Below are positions 57,591 through 64,000 of a stretch of 64,000 bases of DNA, one piece after another. The translations under genes and the position numbers were made by a program. The notes beneath the pieces are model-generated. The model had not been told where the DNA came from, ran no database searches, and saw only the letters and a program-made list of their open reading frames with translations. Source of the stretch: Macrostomum lignano (lineage: Eukaryota); assembly GCA_002269645.1 (NCBI GenBank), contig NIVC01000150.1:186001-250000 (forward strand), read 5' to 3'. Numbering within the stretch: position 1 is the first letter of the stretch; the number at the start of each line of letters is the position of its first letter.

Positions 57591-58744
57591 CCTCTCTTCT
57601 CCTTTAGTCCCTCTCCTCTCTCTCCGCCTCTGGCCCACAGACGCGCTGGGCACGTCGAGGGTCAGAAAGTCGAGCGACCGACCAGAATTCGGGGCGCCGA
57701 CGTCAGCCAGCAGGCAGTCGACGAGACGAGGTAGGCTGCCTTCAGTGTCAACAGCAGCACTGATCCTAACGACTGATGAAAACTCGAATTTTCAACTCTT
57801 CAACGAGGAGTTAAATGTCTTCCTGTCATCCCGGACATAACAAAGCTTGTAGACTAATCTGAAAAGTCACCTTGAGAAAAACTTTGGACGGGAAATTTCG
57901 TCTGAACTTGTCCCGCAAACAGTTGGGATTTCGGGATTCCGACTGATCTCTGCTTTCTAAATCTCATATTTCGAAGTTTTGTACCCGACTTTGCTCAGTT
58001 TCTTCTATTTACATATTTTTCCGTTGGTTGTCATCATAGTTTTGCTCAGTAAATACAGCTTGTCAAACACCGGCGCCACAGATACGGATTTCACTTATAA
58101 ACTCTATAGATAAGGCCAAGACTTCAATGATGCAAAAGAGTTTTTCTGATAGTTGCAGAAAAAAAGATGTAGTGAAGGGTCCACAGCCATGAAGATGAGA
58201 TGGTTCTGTGCAAGAGACGGAGAGATGAGAGACTAAAACAACCTGGCTTGCCGGCCTGCTGTTTCATTTTGGCCAGAAAAAAAACACTGCAAATAAAATG
58301 CATAATCGCGCAGCCACTGGATCTATTTGGCTGCTGCCCACGAACTCCAACGCCATTGTTTGCTCTCGGCCCCCGTCCCACGCCGAAAGATTTCGGGTAT
58401 TCTCTCCAGCTCGGGACTGCAGATGCAGAGTAATGAATGAACGAACGACAGCGTGGCTCTAGCTCGTATTCACTGCTGCACAAGCGCGCACAACTCGTAA
58501 AAAAGGCACAATGGCATCTCATTCTCTTAGGCAGAGCATAGCTATTTCACAAAGACCCTCAATTGTAGAAGAAACAGACAGGCAGAGAGGCTACGTTTTC
58601 GCATTTTTGGATTATAAAGTAGAGAAGACAGTCAAATTTTTACGCTGCCTAACCTATAAGTTTGACACTAGAACCCACACAGGTTTTTTGGCAAATATCA
58701 AAACAAATTTGCAGCACTCTTCTAGAGACAATCCGGGTTAATCA

Positions 58745-61700
58745 ATGCCTCGTGTTCAGATCGTCTACGACACCTCCGGTTCCACCAGCCTGTGGTCCGG
58801 AGGCAACAATCCGTTCTACGATCCGTACTACAAGGGCTACACATTCGATGCGGACCAATCTAACGAGGGCGGCGGCCGGAACATCTTCGATTACCTGGAC
58901 AGGCGCAGCAAGTCCGTGGTGATCGATGGAGACGCCGTCGTGCCGCGAGCGCCGAAGGACCCCGGGCCGCCGCGCACCATCTACCGTCAGGCCGGCTCCG
59001 ACCGGCCCAAAGTGGACTTCAATTCCAAGCGAGACGAGCAGAAGCTGTCCGGCAGGCTGTTCGAAGACCCCGACTTTCCAGCCGACAACCGAAGCATCTA
59101 TCCGTCGCGATCCTACTCCAGGTTCGAGTGGAAGCGCCCGAAGGAAATCTGCTCGGATCCGTTGTTCATCAGCGACGGCGTGAGCAGATTCGATGTCAAA
59201 CAGGGCGAACTGGGCGACTGCTGGCTTCTGGCTGCAGTCGCTTCGCTTTCGATGCACAAGAAGCTGTTCGACCAGGTTGTGGTGCCCGACCAGGACTTTG
59301 GCGCCAACTACTGCGGCATGTTTCGTTTCCGGTTCTGGCAGTTTGGCGAGTGGAAAGACGTTGAGGTATGAAGTTTATCACCGTGCATGCCGCAGGCCGG
59401 CCATTTTGTGACCATGTTGGATGCATTTTATGTATGCAAGCCAAAATAAAATTATAGCTATACTTGGGTTGTATAATAAAATTTTGCAATAGTTACACAA
59501 AGTACAAAGGTAATTCGAGGAGAACGATTGAAAACAGCCTTGGAGAAATAGAATGACGAATTTTTTCTATCAGTTATACGAAGTACATGCGGAACTAATT
59601 AACATACAGTCTGGGGCCGTAGCCAAATGGTCTATCGCGGCGATCTGATGTACCAGCGGCCCAGGCTCGATTCCAAGTGCAGTCATTAATTTGGGGCTAA
59701 ATTGAAATCTCGGCTTGGCTCTGCTCGTGCAATTATCGACCTTGAATGCCAACCCCCAAGGCACTGTGAAGTTTACATGCCTAACGATAAATAAAGTTAG
59801 GACCACCTGTACACTCCTGTGTGAGTGTGTGCCTGTGTGATGACTTGTGTGCCTGCTCATGGGAGTCGGTGGAATGGGCAGTAATGCCTCTCGCCGGTTG
59901 TGTGGCGCTTAAAGTGCGTCAGGGTGCACACAGCCCCCTGCCTCTAACTAAAACTAACATACAGGTTATTATATGCTACATGTACCAACCAGTCCCCCAG
60001 AAGCTTGCAATCAACATGCTTCCCTCAAATAATGAAATTCGACAGATTGACGACCGCCTGCCAACCAAGTACGGCAAGTTGTGCTTCATGCGCAGTGAGG
60101 ACCGCAACGAGTTCTGGTCAGCTCTGCTCGAGAAGGCCTACGCCAAGCTGAACGGCAGCTACGAGGCCCTCAGCGGTGGCAACCAGGCCGAGGCCATGGT
60201 CGACTTCACTGGCGGCCTGTGCGAAACTTTCGACATGAGAAGGGCGCCACCGAACCTGTACAACATCATGGTACAGGCTAACAATGCCTGCTCCTTGATG
60301 GGATGCGCTATTGAAAGCGAGCAGTTAGAGGGTCACCTGTCCAATGGCCTGATTACAGGGCACGCTTACTCCGTGACAGACGTGAAAAAAGTGCGACTCA
60401 ACAACGGCATGGAGGAGTCCCTCGTGCGAGTCCGCAACCCCTGGGGCAACGAGTGCGAGTGGAAGGGCGACTGGAGCGACCACAGCCACAAGTGGAGCAG
60501 CGTCAGCCAGGGCGAGAAGGACAAGCTCGGAATGGACCAGAGAGACGACGGCGAGTTCTGGATGAGCTACAAAGACTTTTCAAGCCATTTCAACAAGATC
60601 GAGATTTGCCATTTGGGCCCGGAGTCCATGTCCAGCAGCGTCAAGGGCGAGGCAGCCAAGAAGCGCCGATGGGAGATGTGCCTGGAGTCAGGCCAGTGGA
60701 AGCGCAACGTCAGCGCAGGCGGCTGTCGCAACAACATCGACAGCTTCCACATGAACGAACAGTTTCGCATTGAGATTGTGGACCCGGACGAGGACGACGA
60801 CGAGAATATGGGCACCATTATTGTGGGCCTGATGCAGAAGGACATCCGCAAGATTCTAAAGGGGGCCGACTTCTTAACGATTGGTTACGCAATCTACTCG
60901 ATCAAGGATCCGAACATACCTCCGCTGGACCAGAAGTTCTTCCGTTTCACCCGTCAGGTGGACAAGTCGCCCTCCTTCGTGAACCAGCGCGAGGTGTGCG
61001 GGCGTCACAAGCTGCCGCCCGGGCACTACGTCATCATCCCATCCACCTTCAGCCCCAACGAGGAGGCCGAATTCATTCTGCGCATCTTCTCCGAGAAACC
61101 GAACGAGTCCGGCGTGCTGGACACCCCAAACAGAATGGACAACGTGGTGGACGGCGTGTACGGGCGCAAGCATCACAACACCGTGATGGAGAACGAGGAG
61201 CCTTTGAAGAAGGCGTTTATGGAGTTTGCAGGTGGAGTGTTTGCAGTAAATTTTTTTATGAAAACGTAATTTATTTCTGATTTTCTAAACGCTGACCAAC
61301 TGGCATTTTGTGAAAATTTGCAGGAATGCAGCGTACGAGTTTTAATATCATAGATGGTTATCTTAACGTATTTATTATCAAATCAAATGTATATCTTATC
61401 CGCCCCGCTTTGCGTAATTACAAACGTATACTCCGTATTCTTTTTGTTGATTATTTTGCTGAAAATAATATTAGCGTAAACATAAAAATAGCTCATAAAC
61501 AGAGGGTCATTAGAAGTATTAAAGCGCTAACACATTATTAGACTACAGCTAATCTCGCGCATCATGTGTATCTAGTAAGCTTCTTTTCTCTAGTTATTGA
61601 AAATGGCATATAAAAGCAGCAAGAAGACAAAGGTGCATGAGATTCAGGTAACGATAGAAGAGTACTCACTAACACCAATTCAAAGATCATTTTAAACTTT

Positions 61701-62192
61701 TAAAACTCCACAGGCAGCATGGCCAAGATCCACGCCAAGCAGCTACAGCAGATTCTCAACCGTTCATTCGGCCGCGAGATCAAAGAGTTTCAGGGCTTCA
61801 GTCTAGAGGCCTGTCGCAGCATGCTGGCCCTCGTGGACGCCAACATGTCTGGCTTCATGGAGTTCGACGAGTTCAAACACCTGTGGAACGAGATCCGCCT
61901 GCTGAAGACCATCTTTAAAGAGTACGACGCCGACGGTAACGGCTACTTCGATTCGTTCGAACTGCGAGGCGCACTCCGCGTTGCTGGCTACAACCTCTGC
62001 AACAAGGTATTCGAGTCCGTGGCCATGCGCTACATGGACCCAGAGCAGGGCAGAGTCTGCTTCGAGGACTTCATCCTGCTGTCCATCCGGCTCAAGACCG
62101 CCTTCGAGACTTACAAGGCCATGCCGAAGACCAACGAAGGCTTTGGCGTGGTGAAGCAGGACCACTTCCTGCTGCAGACCCTGTACCTCTGA
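58745..62192 (+). CDS. CAPN: Classical calpain (CysPc - CBSW/C2-like - penta-EF-hand), ~761 aa
   Basis: Exons 58745-59365, 60046-61231, 61714-62192. Catalytic motifs QGELGDCWLLAA, GHAYSVT, RNPWG; IDDRLPT, WSALLEKAYAK; EF-hands DANMSGFMEFDEF and DADGNGYFDSFEL. Confidence 0.95.
59613..59955 (+). mobile_element. tRNA-derived SINE family 2, copy 2 (calpain intron 1)
   Basis: Colinear with copy 1 over about 340 bp. Confidence 0.8.
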
Positions 62193-63379
62193 AGTCTCCA
62201 TTTGGACTCGCAAGCCAATTCCTAAGACAACAACCATTGATATAAGTGGGCTAACGACTTTCCCGAATAGACAAGCAGTTTTCCATATAGGCCAATTTGC
62301 AGAGAACCGCTACATATCCAACAAATTTCCTCCATATTAGAACTGATTTTGAATTTCTTCAATCATATTTACTCAGCTATCAGCAAAATGTCTAAACTAC
62401 CGACCTTTCCCATTCAAGTTTCCACAGAATCAGGCTCCTCATTTAGCAAAGACGAGAGTTGAGAGAGAAATTGACAAAAAACTATTAGCCTTTGTAATTA
62501 CGTCTTTTGTACTCATTTGGTTCCTTATCTTCATTTGAAATAAATCAATAATTCTACGAGCGTATTTTTAAATTTCCGTCCGAAATCCAAGCAGACCCTT
62601 TGAAGTCTGTATCAACTTTCCAATTTCTAATGACTAAATAACAAATTGAAACAAAAGCATTCGGGGAAATTTCGCTTTATTGAATACAAATAGTTTTTAA
62701 CAAACACAGGCTCAGCAGCTGATATTTTTATTGTTATTATTTGCAACTGTTTGATGTTATTATTTAGAAAAAACAGCACCTGGAATCAAGTAGTGCGAGT
62801 TAATTAATACAGTTTGTTTACTAGCACACAGGAACAACACTGCAGGAGTACATTAGAGACAACAGACAAGCCAGCAAAGTGATAAAAATGCACTGTAGGC
62901 GCTGATTGCACAGCAAATTCACATCGGATGGATGGCAAAGTGATCCTACAAAATTATCAAACTCTTGCAACACACAGCACAAAACAAAAATAAGTTGCCA
63001 TCTAGTTGACTATCTATGAGATATCTATCGACGATATAAATGCAATCGTTTTGTGTTCCGTTTGTGAATTAAATACTAATATTGCAATATTACAGCGGAC
63101 ATAATGAAATTTATACTTAGCCAAATTTCCCTAGAACATTCCCACCTTGACATCAATATTGCAAGCATTGTAATAACAACCTAAAGTTCAAGAGGTCCTT
63201 AACAATCTAGAGTTCAAAAAGTCGATAAAAGCCTAAAGTACAAGGAGTACTTCGAGAACTCTAAAACTTCAAGGAGTCCTCTAAATTGTACCTAACCATT
63301 AACCAACAACGAAGAAACGAAGCGAAGAAAAAACGGAACAAAATGCAACTCAAACTCGGCCATGTTGTCACTTGGTCAT

Positions 63380-64000
63380 TCAGTCCTTGTCTAAGCACGA
63401 GTTCACGTGCTCCTGCATCGAGGCCTGCTTCGGCACCGAACAGTTGCACACCGGACACACCGTCTCGTGGTATTCGATTTTGTTGACGGCTACCGCCGGC
63501 TTCTTCTTCCTGGGATTCTTCGACACATTGGAAGTCGATTGATTGTTCTCATCCTCGCTAGATGACGAGCGAATCTCGTACACGGCGTCGGCTGCGCTGC
63601 ACAAGGAGATTCGGGCGCCAGCTAACAGCTTCTGGCGGCGGCCAGAGGCTCCAGCAGGAGAAACTGCAGCGGCGGCTGGGGGCAGATTGCGCGGCCCCAG
63701 CCGAATGTATTCAGTCTCTGCTGGCTGTTGCTGCCGTGGACCAGCGGCTGACCTGCGCCTGTTATTCGTATTTGTATTGCTAATTTTGCTCCTAGAAGAC
63801 GGAGTGAAGTCAGCATCGTCCGGGTCCTGATCATTTTTATCGTCGTTGCTCAACAGGCGCTTTCTATTAGGCTGCAGCTTCAAATTCGAAGGACCAGAAG
63901 TTGCGGGCGGATCAACGACAATTACACCGGGCTCCGACTGCTGCGACTGACTAGCAGAAGACGACTGAGACTGGCCCAGGAATTCGGCCATTGACATGTT
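63380..64000 (-). CDS. 3' end of a gene with a C-terminal UBZ4-type zinc finger (SPRTN/POLK-like architecture); 5' part outside window
   Basis: Low-complexity, acidic/basic linker ending in CPVCNCSVPKQASMQEHVNSCL-stop (C-x2-C..H-x3-C). Confidence 0.65.
   Translation of the reverse strand, partial: NMSMAEFLGQSQSSSASQSQQSEPGVIVVDPPATSGPSNLKLQPNRKRLLSNDDKNDQDPDDADFTPSSRSKISNTNTNNRRRSAAGPRQQQPAETEYIRLGPRNLPPAAAAVSPAGASGRRQKLLAGARISLCSAADAVYEIRSSSSEDENNQSTSNVSKNPRKKKPAVAVNKIEYHETVCPVCNCSVPKQASMQEHVNSCLDKD

Noticed and set aside
59821-60045. N-terminal 75 aa of the 482-aa calpain ORF
   Set aside because: Read-through from a SINE in intron 1; the true exon starts at the acceptor at 60046.

Overview
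Eukaryotic (metazoan) genomic DNA. GC-rich exons are separated by introns largely filled with short tandem repeats. This pattern and the gene set suggest a free-living flatworm such as Macrostomum, which is an inference only. Hand-built, phase-consistent gene models: (1) a coiled-coil gene (minus, runs off the left edge) with two RFX X-boxes upstream; (2) a 14-exon TRPM channel (plus) with a 1-nt frameshift; (3) five co-oriented minus-strand genes, DAG lipase > DALRD3-like > OB-like/MYND protein > MRPS16 > MNAT1, a candidate trans-spliced operon; (4) an orphan signal-peptide gene; (5) a classical calpain (plus); (6) the 3' end of a UBZ4 zinc-finger gene (minus). Mobile DNA comprises two tyrosine-recombinase (Ngaro/DIRS) retroelements, a degenerate RTE-like LINE, two tRNA-derived SINE families (one with a MIR/CORE-like domain) and a Harbinger-type MITE. 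One Ngaro copy keeps the A1..B1-A2-B2 split direct repeats and lies in a CpG-depleted block. About 30 minisatellites are present; several are built from functional-looking motifs (SINE head, branch point, splice donor, CCAAT box). Most long ORFs in the supplied track are repeat artefacts. All homology calls are from memory of family motifs; no database search was run.
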